Positions 11,025 to 22,560 of a DNA stretch of 33,507 bases are shown here, one piece after another. The DNA lies in assembly GCA_030167865.1 (NCBI GenBank), contig JALAGF010005889.1:1-33507 (forward strand), given 5' to 3'. This DNA is from Craspedostauros australis. Its lineage: Eukaryota. Both the position numbers and the translations under genes were made by a program. Every line of letters begins with the position of its first letter. Position 1 is the stretch's first letter. The notes beneath the pieces were generated by a model. It saw only the letters and a program-made list of their open reading frames with translations, was not told where the DNA came from and searched no databases.

Positions 11025-11319
11025 TGTGGTGGCGAATGAGCGGGGCAAAGTTTGATGTACGTATCGGCGATGGGACGCTTCGCAACCATCATCGCATCTG
11101 ATGGACGAGCGAGCGACTTGGATGGAGGTGATGGCCATGTGATGCCGATAGCATCAAGAGGTTTGTTGACGTGATGACAACAGCGAACAATTGCATCAAC
11201 AAAGCGATGGTGGAGCTGGAAGCACTGAACAGAATTCTTTCGACATGTCATGGAAGCGCAACTACGAATACAAGGAGGAAGAGCAAATCTGTTGGTTGAG
11301 TGGTGGAATTCCACTTCTC

Positions 11320-11387
11320 TTGACAACCAAGCATTGACAACCAAGCATTGACAACCAAGTATTGACAACCAAGCATTGACAACCAAG
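11320..11387. repeat. 14-bp minisatellite TTGACAACCAAGCA, about 5 copies
   Basis: Head-to-tail units at 11320, 11334, 11348 (one mismatch), 11362 and 11376 (partial); no spacers. Confidence 0.95.
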
Positions 11388-13478
11388 AGTGGACAAACGA
11401 GTGGATGAGAAAGAAGGATGGCTTCAACAGACACCGACGCCGACACGGTCGCAAATGAACGAAGTGGACATGAAAGAGTTGGTTTCGGTTTTTGTTGTTG
11501 GACAGAATGGAGCGGGGGCACGACAGCCATTCAAAGAGGGGAGGGAGCAACAAGACACAGTACACAAGAGATGGACTGAAACGGCGGCATCTGTGCGAAA
11601 AGTTCAACAATGTTGTGAAGGATTGTGGATGATTGGTGGATCGGTTGGCAACATCAGCGAGCAGCAACACCAAGGGAACACAAATGACAACAAGGATAAT
11701 CCAATGTTTGCTGCTGCTGCGGCTCCCGATGATGATGATCAATGTCTGCCTTCACTGGGTCACCACCACCAAACAGCCCTGTCTTGCCAAGTGTGCCGAA
11801 CATACTTACGATTAACCCCATGTTCTTGTTGGTTGTTCTGCCTTTGCTTCACTCCTGGGCGGTACAGCCACAAGAGAGCAGAATACTTGTTCGAAAAGCC
11901 CCTTTTTGTTCTGTCTTGCATCGCTGTTTCGCAGCCACACATGAGCCTCTGTTGCTGTTTGATGTTTGGGCAGCAACGAGAGGGTGTGGTTGGACCTCGG
12001 ACGATGGCCAAACTTCCGGCTTTGCGACAGAATTCGCTACCTTCGTTTCCACACGAGTTGGAGTATGTCAGCCAACGAAACACCCCAGTTCCGTACAAAG
12101 CCTATCCTGCACGCGCGCCCCAAATCGTTGATGTGGTTGCTTCGCCACGTCCGAATGACATCGCGGACGATTCCACATCACGCCGCTTCGTGCCCGTCCA
12201 CACCTTACCGAAACCCTTCGAGACTCTTCTTGGATCATGGCAGTGGATGTCGCTTGTACTTTCGATAGGAACTGGAAGCTCTGACGGCGTACAACGTCAA
12301 CTTAGGTCGATGCGAGGTCGATAAGTACAAGCAGCTGGCGATGTCGAACAAAGAACATGAGGTGGACTGCAATTTCACGTTTTGGATAAGCAACAGTTGC
12401 ACCCCAAGGCCAATCACGGCGCGCAACGGGGGACGTCCAAATGGCACTCCTGTGAGGCTGTGGTGAAGACACGTAGACTCCACAGGTTGAAGATCCCCAG
12501 CGGCGCGCAGGACGGCGCGCGCGCATTTTTCTCGGAACGCATTCCTTCCATTCAATTCGAGGACACGTAAGTCAACTGGTGTCAAGGAGCTTGTCGTATA
12601 CGACACGGAATCAATGCTATTTTACTTATGGCCTCCTCTGATGTCACCCAGGCAACACTGAAAAGTTAACAAAAGTGATGGATGCATTAAGTGGCCGAAG
12701 AACATGTCTCCCACACGTGGGGAAGTGACTGATGCAATCGCATCGCGCGAATTTCCAATACAAAGTGCCGAAGAAAAGGTTCCCTCGTAGAATTCCACGC
12801 ATCCTCCTATGGTACGTGTTTTGGACATTGCGGTCTTTGATGGGTTCCGCGAACGCCGGCGCACATCAAAAAAATAGTGGACGAGTGCCACCCGTTGCGG
12901 CAGAGGAGGAAAGGCAGTGTACAAACAGTAGCGGCGCTTGCACGAGAACGCGTACGTTTACGGTGCAAGAGTACGAGTACGTGTACCAACTTGGGAGAGT
13001 ACTCGTGAGAGCTCGGTACAGTTCGTTGGTAGTGGTTCCACACGGGCAAAATCAAACAACGACCAAAGAACAAGAGAAATCAAAGCGCAACAACGCCGAG
13101 GAAAGCAAAGAGGAGAGGAACCAAAAAACAGCCGTCCAACCGCAAACCGTCGTTGCGCATCAACCACAGCAACAACTCGTAACCACAGCCACAGGCACAG
13201 CCCAACAGGATTCGTGCCGCTTCACATCAGCACCATCAATCACAGCCGCGCCCACAAACTTGCAAACAAGAACAATAGCAACAGAAACAACATCATCTTT
13301 CTTGATTGAAACCCGAAGTACAAGAAGACATCAACTCACATCACATTAGAGTGCCCTGTCTTGTCCTGTCCCACTCCGCTCTACTCTACTTCACATCAGC
13401 TCACATCAAGTGTCGGTTACCTTCATCCCCATCACAGGATTCCAATCGACCACAGCTCCAACAGCCTTGCATCCGTCT

Positions 13479-13510
13479 ATCCATCCATCCATCCATCCAT
13501 CCATCCATCC
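13479..13510. repeat. (ATCC)8 microsatellite
   Basis: Directly visible. Confidence 0.95.
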
Positions 13511-13589
13511 TTTGATTGGCTTTAGTCCCACCCATCATCCTCTCATCGTCACGAACCCAGACACAACCACAACGCAAACACTTGTCAGA

Positions 13590-14517
13590 GTAAGTAAGCC
13601 GATTGGCCATTCCTGCATCCTGCATCCATCGAGACATCCATGTACGCACGTCCGCATCCTGGCTGTAATTGATGCCATCAGACCAGCGATGGACCGCCGG
13701 TTTGCTCAGTTCGCGTGGACACGATGCAAAGTCGGCATTAAACTTGATGGATATAGGTACCCGCCGATGCAGTCTCAACGATCGTGGGCAATCAAAGGAT
13801 CGACCATGAAGATCATCAAAAGCGGCATCGGCAGTAGCAACGGCGACAAGCGAACGGTTGCGCCAGTGCCTCGTACATCACATCACCCCGCATCCAGACG
13901 AAAACGGCCTACGACGCGGTCGTGCGTGTGCGCGTATCTTTTTTGCGAGATCAACCGCATGAATGCCAGTTCCCGGACTACGACAAGTCGAAGTCGAAGC
14001 GCACATCCTGATTCCCCTCGAATCTGCAGTAGATTCCATTTACATCACTGTAACGGCTGCGAACCCGTGGCCAGGCCTTCTCAGTCGTATCGCTTGGCAT
14101 CGCCTCGTTTCGTAGATCTCACACACATCTTTCCCATCACTTCTCTTCTTCTCTCTTTCTTTCTCTGCTTTGATACGTTGTGCGGAATCTGTTTTGGAAC
14201 TTTTTGCCACCATTGTCTTTACTGCCTCTGCCACATCACGCTGCCTCATGTTGCTTCACTGCGATACACTGTTTTGAATCCTTCCATTCCCTCATTCCTT
14301 CGCGACAATCACACATAAATTCGATCTATGTTTTTATCCATCAACGAACCACATGCTTCCAACATCTTCCAATCTTTGATCCTATCATTCACTCATCCAT
14401 TCGTCGAACATCAATTCCATCAAACGCTGTTGCGCACGGATACCGTACGCACTTGATCCATTCCTCCCATCACACTCGTGTGCGCCCATCATGCTTTCTG
14501 CGATGTCCCTGCTCCAG
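13590..14517 (+). other. Putative 5'-UTR intron of the bZIP gene
   Basis: GTAAGT donor at 13590; CTCCAG acceptor ending 14517 preceded by 400 nt without AG; flanking exonic sequence lacks ATG. The acceptor is better supported than the donor. Confidence 0.65.
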
Positions 14518-14703
14518 GATCACAAACGATCTTCGCAATCACAAGACATCACTGCAACAACCACAACAACAACAACTTCTTCGGCGTTCACCTTCACGTC
14601 GACACTCAAGTTCGCACCAATCCCAGCACCCCCACCCTTCGTCCTTCATCATCGATCAATCCATCCAGGCACAACAGCATTAGCAGCAACGACAACAGCA
14701 ACA

Positions 14704-17002
14704 ATGACTTCTGCAGCAGACTGGCCACAAGACGATTCCATGCCAAACATCGTCTCCTCCAACGACCTCTTCGATGGCGACATCCTCGGTGAGGAACTCA
14801 TCGACATCTACGGCGCCGCCTCCGCCATTGCCGAGGATGGTGCTGCTGGTGTGACCGACGAGAACAACGACAAGTCCATGACCGACGTCACCAGCCTCCT
14901 CTGCGGCACCACGACCATCAAGATGGAGGACACCATCCCTCAGGTGGACAACGACTTCGATGCCGACGACGTCATCAACGATGGTCTCGGTGCTTTCCGC
15001 CCATCGACCTCCTTCAATGATCTCTCCAAGCTCCTCTCGCCTTCGCCGGATGATACCCCCAGCTCGGATACCATGATGTCCATTCCAACCGCGACCACGG
15101 CTGCTGCCTCGGCATCGCCTTCCCCGCTCCCACCCATCGACGTGACGACCAATGCCACGGCACCAGTTGCCGTCGCCGCCGCAACGACGATGACTGCTAC
15201 TGCCCTTCCGACTGCCGCACCGGCAACAACGACGGGCACGAAGCGAGGGGCCCCGTCCACGGCCCACACAGCGACGCAACCATCACCGACGAAACGCCAC
15301 GCGGGTCTCTCGAGGAAGGTTTCCGTCGGTGCCACCCTCTCCTCCCAGGGTGTCGCCACCGTCTCACCCACAGGCGCCAGCCCGATTGGATCTTCGGTTC
15401 CGAATGCCGTGGCGACAACGCATGTCGTCAACATCGCTCAAGCATCCAACCTGCCGACGCTGCCCACAATATCTAGCAGCACCATCCGCAAGGCCTCTCT
15501 GCCACCGACGTTGCAGCAAAAGGCCGCGGCCCCAGTCGCTGCAGTGGCATCGGCAGTTCCGGCAACTGCCCTCCCTGTCGCTGCCGCCGTCGCACCCAGA
15601 GTCGCGGCCTCGGGCATCCGGATGATGGCCGTGCCACGCACAGCACCAGCCGGTATCGTCGTCCAACCCAAGCCAGCAGTTGCGGCCCAACCAAGACCAC
15701 AGCAAGCCGTTCCAGCGCCACAGCAGACCGCTCCCGGCGTCGCATCTCTGCAGACCGCAGCCACCGAGGCTGACTTCAAGTCCGTGGCACAGGCCGCCGT
15801 CTCCAGCCTCATCGTCAACGCCACTGCCGCCAAGGCAGAGCAGACGGTCGCACCAGCGCCAATCCCGGCAGCGCCCAAGGCAGGCGTCCCCAAGATCAAT
15901 GTCAGCACGGAGCACGTCAAGGCCCTGACCGGCAGCAACTGGGTCTCCGTCTGCGGAGGCGGCTCCGATGTCAACCAACCATCGTCCGCCGCCGACAAGG
16001 CCAACAACCGCGCCAGACGCCAGAACCTCACACCCGACGAACGGGCCCGGCAGAACCGCGACCGCAACCGCGAGCATGCCCGCAACACACGCCTGCGCAA
16101 GAAGGCCTACGTCGAGGAGCTCAAGCGCACCCTCGTTGAACTCGTCACGCAACGCGATGCCACCGACCTCGAAACGCGTCAGTCCGCCCAACGCGAGCTG
16201 GAGCAGAGGGAGGTGCGATTCCGCGTCATTGAGGAATTCCTCAAGCTGCGTGGCCACAACCAACCCAACGCCGCGCGATGGGCCGCCATTCTCGATGACG
16301 GCTTCACGTTGACGTTGCCCGTCACGGACTTTCGCAAGATGGTGCAGCCGCAGTGCGCCCATGCGCCACGAGCCTTTGAGCAGGTTCTGACGGGCGTGGC
16401 CGAGGTCATGGCGGATTCGACGCACTGCGCCAACTTTCTGCAGACTTTGGGCAAGGGACACGCCGCCAGCAATGTCAGCCTCGTGTACCATTGCGATCGC
16501 AAGGACTTCTTCATGGACAATTGCAACGCCGTCCTGGAATGGGTGGCGACGACGTCGGGGGCTGTCGAGAAGGTACGTGATGCTTTGTGTATTTGTTCTA
16601 TTGGCGTTGATTGGTGCGTTCGCATTCTCGCTCAACCGCTGACACAAGCTTCGTCTCATTTTTCTCGTAATTCAGGGAGCCGCATCGGAACTGTCCTTCA
16701 AGGGAACCGTGAAGGCATCCTTCAGCCCGGCTTCCAACAAGCTGCTGTCTGCCGCGGTCTCATTCGACACCGGCATCGTGCTTTCTCAGCTCAATCATCT
16801 GATCGACAGCGTCAAGCCACATGAGGCATGCGACGAGCAAGTTGCCGCACAGTATGCGGCCAACGAGGCCGATGCCATCTTGGATTCGTTGCAGATGCCA
16901 CGCATCGAATCCGCACCGGTGCCCACCAACGTCAACGTGGTGCCGGAATCCTCCTGCTCCGAGGCATCCTCCATCAAGGGAGAATGCTCGGATGTCGAGT
17001 AA
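14704..17002 (+). CDS. bZIP transcription factor (stramenopile RNREHA type) with low-complexity N-terminus and folded C-terminal domain; exons 14704-16572 and 16676-17002 (~731 aa)
   Basis: Basic region ERARQNRDRNREHARNTRLRKKAYVEELKRTLVEL; splice joins ...GAVEK|GAASELSFKG in frame; ATG 14704 follows an A/C-rich leader. Confidence 0.9.
16573..16675 (+). other. Spliceosomal intron (phase 0) of the bZIP gene
   Basis: GTACGT donor, CTGAC branch site at 16639, TTCAG acceptor; restores the frame with ORF 16709-17002. Confidence 0.88.
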
Positions 17003-17436
17003 ATAACGCAAACACGAAGATATGAGGCACATCCCCCAAATAGAGCGAGAGTACCAGGGAAAGGGGAAGATGGCCGCATTCATAGACATCGTGAGACCAA
17101 TACCCAAAGGGGCGTACGGTGGGATTGGTCCACTGCATTCACACAAACACACACACACACACTTTCATGTACAGTTACACACATCATGTTCATTACCATC
17201 CGCATTTGCGGAAACAAAGCTATTCACATAACCAAACAAACAACAACAACGATAATACGTATAAACACTCTCGAAGATTTATTGCCCCAAAACAAACACA
17301 AGCTGGTATAATATGATGATACACGTGGATGCGATCTCGGTGGTGTCTAGAGTATTATTACTTCCAGTATATGTCGTAGAATAGTATCATGAGCACAGAT
17401 GATGCAGCTGTTCCGAATGGAGTACAGCAGCAGCAC

Positions 17437-17814
17437 TCAGGCATGAAACCTCTGGTAATCGGGAACCTTCGCTGCTGGCTTCGCATGATGATGATGTGGG
17501 TGCTTCTTTCTTCTGGCAATAGGCTTGCGACCCGACTCCTTGCCTTCGTCTTCGCTCTCATCGCTGGAGTCCGTCGACGACTCCCCAAACTCTCGCTTCT
17601 TGTGGAAGATGCAGCATCGCTTCGACGACTTGCGTCCCATGCCCTCATTGTCCACGACACCGTCTTCCCACCGCACCGTCGGTCTGGCACGCAGCGTCAA
17701 CGGCAGCACGGGGTCGTTCTCTGGCAACGCCGCCTGCGTGACGGTCACCGTGGCGCTGGGCTGATCCGGTCCCGTCGGCGGCGCCGGCGTCGTGTTCTCT
17801 GCGTTCGGTTCCAT
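17437..17814 (-). CDS. YPI1: Protein phosphatase 1 inhibitor-3 (Ypi1/PPP1R11 family)
   Basis: RVxW-like motif (RPTVRW) followed by the family signature [20 protein letters not shown] and [11 protein letters not shown]. Confidence 0.92.
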   Translation of the reverse strand: MEPNAENTTPAPPTGPDQPSATVTVTQAALPENDPVLPLTLRARPTVRWEDGVVDNEGMGRKSSKRCCIFHKKREFGESSTDSSDESEDEGKESGRKPIARRKKHPHHHHAKPAAKVPDYQRFHA

Positions 17815-17834
17815 GGTCGTCGTCTTGTGCTCTT

Positions 17835-17916
17835 CTTGGGCAGTGTGCTGTTGTTGTGCAGTGTGGTCTTGGGCAGTGTGCTCTTGCGTAGTGTGGTCTT
17901 GCGTAGTGTGGTCTTG
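17835..17916. repeat. Imperfect ~15-bp tandem repeat (AGTGTGGTCTTGCGT-like, about 5 copies) in the 5' leader of the PP1-inhibitor gene
   Basis: AGTGTG core recurs at roughly 15-bp spacing. Confidence 0.8.
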
Positions 17917-18802
17917 TTGTGCTTCTTTGGTCAGGCAATGCTCCCAGTGTGCAGGAGGCCGTTTCTTCGATGAATTGTTCGCCTTGTCGCGGAAGGCTCA
18001 TCATCGCCAAGCCAAAACGGCTCAACGCGAACGGCGGCAAACGACAAGAAGTCCTCATCATGGTCGGTCATGGTCACGTCGTCCGATTTCATCATTTCGT
18101 TTCCTTGGAATGGTCTGGCCATCATCGGTCGATCGTGTTCTTGTTGTAGTTGATTGTTTGTCTGTCAAATTCACTTCAAAGTGTGCGGTACTCGAACGAA
18201 TCCATAGTTCCGGAAGATGGCGCATCATCCCACAAGCCCACGATAGACAGAAGCCGTTAAGTATGTCAAGATGACGTGGTCCCAAACCTGGAGACGTCAG
18301 AACATGTCGTTCCTGTGACCGTTATTATGACCGTTACAGAGAGGATTCAAGTGATGGCGACTTCGCAGTGAGAAAAGACGTTTGATGTTTGTTCTGCTTC
18401 CGTCCTTTTTGTCGGCTGCTGCCGTGCCAGTCCACTGATGACCCCAATGCAGTCCACCGGAATGTGATGTGATGCCGGCTGAGGTTCCGATCATCTGCGC
18501 GAGGACTGGTGTGGAGACATGAGGGAAAGAATCAAAGACATGAAAGTCATGATGTGATGGATGGATGGGTGGATGATGAATGGATGTGAGAAGTCTTTCC
18601 GATTCGCAACAATGACGACTTGCCGATGCTGCGGTCACCAGGTTCACAAAAAGGGTGCATGCACAACAATCGAAGCGACGATCAATTGAGGAAAAGACGG
18701 CTACGCTCAAGAGGTCAATTGGAACACGCATCAGTCAGTCAAGCAAGCAAGGCAGCAGTCAAGCAAGTAGTCATACGCAAAAAGAACAAACCTCGATCGA
18801 CC

Positions 18803-20146
18803 ATGTTGCACGAAATGATGTGCCGTCCAGGACAGGGGCGACTTGCGCTGACGGCGCGTTCGTCGTCATGCGAGGAGTTGCAGGACACTGCCGGATCCTG
18901 CGACTGCTGTCTGCATGGACACGCGTGTTACAATCTCCATGCCATCGCTCATGTGCACAGTGAGATGTCCTTGCATCGTCTTTGCAAAGATGCGCAGTGC
19001 ACAGTGGAAGAGATTCGGGAAGCATTGGCATTGTCGCCCAGCGAGGTTCGCAAGATGGACGCCTTCGGCCGCACGGTACGTTCGGATGATGTTGGAATGG
19101 AGTCGAGTTCGTGTTGAGGGCAACTTGTGCACGTTATTATGTTGACATGTTGACATGTTGACATGTTGTTGATGTGGTTCGGATACTCTGGAACAGGAAC
19201 GCAGCATCAATGCGCTCTGTGATTCTCGCTCTGTTCGGGAAACTGCCGCTGCTGCCGCTCACCAAATGTCCCTCCATCTGCCGCCCGCCATCCTTTTCCT
19301 TGTTCAATTCCATCACTCTAATTTCACATGATTGCCATTCCAATTTTCATTCACAACACACAGCCGTTGTTCTATGCCATCCAACAATGTTGCACCACCG
19401 ACGTCATCGATGTTGTATTCAGCGCCCACGAGGACGCGCTGCTGGAACCCGACTGCTGCGGTGACACTCCGCTGCACTTGCTGTATTCACCATCTCGCAA
19501 AGCGGCATTGCTGCAGACCGTGCTGCGCCGACAACCCTCATTGGCGTACAGCAAAACCAAAAGCTTCACGTCCCAAACGCTGCTGCGCAAGATCTGCAGG
19601 CCGTGGACGCGCGTCTTCGATGACGTGCGATCCGTCGTGCAGCGTTGTTCCAAACTGCAGGACGGTTGGGACAAGATGATGCTCACGGTGCAAGCGGCGT
19701 ACCGCAGTCGGCACATGTCCGACGATGCTCCGCAATTGCATGCCGCGATGGAAGTTATTTCCGATCCCATCTTGCTGTCGCATATTGTGGAGATGTATCC
19801 GGAACAGGCCGCGATGGTGATGGGCACCGGATATCCTCTGCACCACTTCCTGCAGATACCGCATGCCGGCGCGCACCGCGTTGTGCAAAAGCTGATCCGT
19901 GCCTATCCGGCGGCCTGCCACGTGCTGCATCGCGGACGTCTGCCGATCAATATTGCATTATCATCGGGATACGAATGGACGACGGGCATTGAGGATATCA
20001 TGCACGCCAATCCGGATGCGCTGCGAACGATCGAGGCGCAATCCGGGTTGCATCCCTTCGCGGTGGCCTTGGTGACGCGGAGGTGTCCGATAGAGACGGC
20101 ATTTGCTCTGTTACGTGAGAATCCATGCATCCGGAATGCGATCTAG
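18803..20146 (+). CDS. Ankyrin-like repeat protein; exons 18803-19075 and 19364-20146 (~351 aa)
   Basis: Splice creates the ankyrin consensus DAFGRT|PLFYAI; further repeats GDTPLHLL, GYPLHHFL, GRLPINIAL and SGLHPFAVA are typical of diatom ankyrin-like proteins. Confidence 0.82.
19076..19363 (+). other. Spliceosomal intron (phase 0) of the ankyrin-like gene; contains (ATGTTGAC)3 at 19139-19162
   Basis: GTACGT donor, ACACAG acceptor, in-frame join. Confidence 0.85.
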
Positions 20147-20690
20147 AGAGACAGACAGATACAGAGAGAGTATCAAGAAATATGATAGATTGTGATCAGT
20201 ACTGAGCGAATGCATATGTGTGCCCGCACTCTGATTCAAAGCCGGGAGGCAGAGTCCGTGTCGTCGCGCAGTACTCGCGCTTGTCAAGGACTGTATGAAA
20301 CATAGAGTAGATGGAGTATGCGTAGTCGTAGATACATGGACTTTACTATCACGACAAGTGTGGCGGCTTCAGGTAGTCTTGTTGTGCGTTACGACTACCA
20401 AACGAATAGAGCGAAGCGCCGCGGGAGGCTTCGTGTTGAGCAGCGCGAAGATCCAGAGAACAAGAACTGCGAAGAGCTCACTCGAACACCAAACACGCAA
20501 ACACAACAACGACAACAACAACAACAAGCAAAGTTGCCACCATCGACCATACCAACACAACATAGCACAAAATCAACTGACAATATTCATAATAGAATAC
20601 TAAACAATACAATAGGTAACATAATCCACAGCAAAGCACAAGTCAGAACACAGCACAAGTGAGTGCCACAGAGATGCAAAAGAGACCAAC

Positions 20691-22560
20691 ATGGTGCAAG
20701 GCGTGGAGACGAAGGATGGATACTTGATCAACACCAACCCGTCGACGGGAGAGAAGACGGCGAAGGTCAAATGCACCACCGAAGACGAAGCCGATGCTGC
20801 TCTCGCCAACGCCAAGGCCGCGCTTGCCGATTGGCGGTTGCAAACACTGCAGGAACGCATCGCATGTCTGAAGCAAGGCCTCGGCGCCGTGCACCAGCTG
20901 TCCGAGACGTTCGCCAAGCTCATCGTGCAGGAGATGGGCAAGACGATCGGCGAAGCGGAGGAGGAGATGAAAGGCACCGTGGAGAAGGACGAGTTCCTGG
21001 CGATTCTGGAGGATGCGCTGAAGCCGCAGACGTTTGGCAAGAGCAAGATCGTCAGGCACGCCATTGGTGTTGTCGTCATCTTGAGTCCGTGGAACTTTCC
21101 CGTCGATGAAATCCTGCTGTTGGCGTTGCCTGCTTTGGCATCGGGCAATACTGGTAAGTGGATCATGCAGTATGGATCGTGCAGTGTAGATTATGGATCA
21201 TGTATTGTGGTGTGACGCTTCGAACCATGCCGAGATCGCAGCAATCAGAACGATGATCGTGATGGTGTCGATGAGGTGACACAACGTTCGGGTGTATGGA
21301 ATTCTACCATACAAACCACGACTACCGCACGCGGTCAACCTCCTTAGTCGCACCGCTTTCGCGTCGAGGACACTTTCAGACAAGGAGGTGATGTTGAGGA
21401 GCTTTCTGGTCGCTGCCCATACACGCAAAGAACTTCTCTATGTATTACGATCTACCACAATCCTGTGCGCGGTGCGACCAACTCCACTTCCACGCACTCT
21501 ACTCTATTCGTATTATGACTGACTGACACAAGCTTTCACCTTCCATCGTGCATCAAATCGCATCTCATTGTACTCCACCGCACACCTCACTTGCTTGTCG
21601 CGGAAATTCTGCACGCAACGATGTGAAGTCATCGTCAAACCATCGGAGGTGGTGCCGCAGACAGGCGCGTTGCTCGTGAAGCAGATGCAGACGGCGCTGC
21701 CACCAAATGTGATGCAGGTCGTCCAGGGCGATGGCGTCATCGGGCGCTACCTCGTGCAGCACGACAACGTCGACATGATCGCCATGACGGGCAGCTCCGC
21801 CACGGGACGCAAGATCCTGGCCGACGCGGCACCCAAGATGAAGCGTGTCGTCTTGGAGATGGGCGGCAAGGACGCCATGATCGTCTTTGATGATGCCGAT
21901 CTCAAAAAGGCGGCCAAGGATGCCGTGGCCAACTCGCTGTGCAACGCGGGTCAGGTGTGCTGCGCCATCGAACGCGTTTACGTGGCGGAGCAGGTCTACG
22001 ACGCCTTCCAAGAGCTGGCGTGCGAGTACGCGGAAGCCTACACGGTCGGCGACGGCATGGATCGCAGCAACAAGGTCGGACCGCTCGTGTCGGCGATGCA
22101 GTACCAGCATTGCAAGAAGCACGTCGACAACGCCATGGACGAAGGTGGGATGATCCAATTCATGAGCCCGATGCCGGGACCCAGCGACGGCAACTTCTTC
22201 CCCGTCATGGTCCTCACGCACCTCACGCACGACATGCTCGTCATGACGCAGGAAACGTTCGGACCCATCGTGGCCATCGCCAAGTTCGACAACACCGAGG
22301 ATCAGGCCGTCGAATTCGCCAACAACACGGAGTACGGGCTGGGCAGCAGCGTGTACACGGCCGACCTGGACAAGGCCAAACGCGTCGCAAGCCGCATCGA
22401 TGCCGGACAGGTGGGAATCAACTGTTACGCGCTGGACAACATGGACGTCAACTGCCCGTGGGTGGGGCACAAGCATTCCGGATTTGGATACCACAGCGGC
22501 ATCGACGGGTTCCGCCAATTTTCATTGCCCAAGACGATGGTGTTTGATGAGGAAGAGTGA
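20691..22560 (+). CDS. NAD(P)-dependent aldehyde dehydrogenase; exons 20691-21153 and 21629-22560 (~464 aa)
   Basis: NPSTGE, PWNFP, spliced GNTVIVKPSE, TGSSATG, catalytic Glu LEMGGKD, catalytic Cys NAGQVCCA, ETFGP and ANNTEYGL. Substrate cannot be assigned. Confidence 0.95.
21154..21628 (+). other. Spliceosomal intron (phase 1, 475 nt, AAG acceptor) of the ALDH gene
   Basis: GTAAGT donor; joining G|TC restores the conserved GNTVIVKPSE motif; CTGAC branch candidate at 21523. Confidence 0.9.

Noticed and set aside
11320..11387. Short repeated units suggestive of a CRISPR array
   Set aside because: 14-bp head-to-tail units with no spacers, eukaryotic context and no cas genes; it is a minisatellite.
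11389..12324. 311-aa ORF
   Set aside because: GTG start, no recognisable motifs, and codon usage unlike the genuine genes in the window.
13410..14318. 302-aa ORF upstream of the bZIP gene
   Set aside because: GTG start, runs through an (ATCC)n microsatellite and pyrimidine tract; better explained as UTR/intron.
14491..14703. ORF-track N-terminal extension of the bZIP
   Set aside because: ATG 14491 lies inside the putative intron and the extension translates an A/C-rich leader; 14704 is preferred.
14704..17002. Aureochrome call
   Set aside because: The basic region is similar but there is no LOV domain (no NCRFLQ motif).
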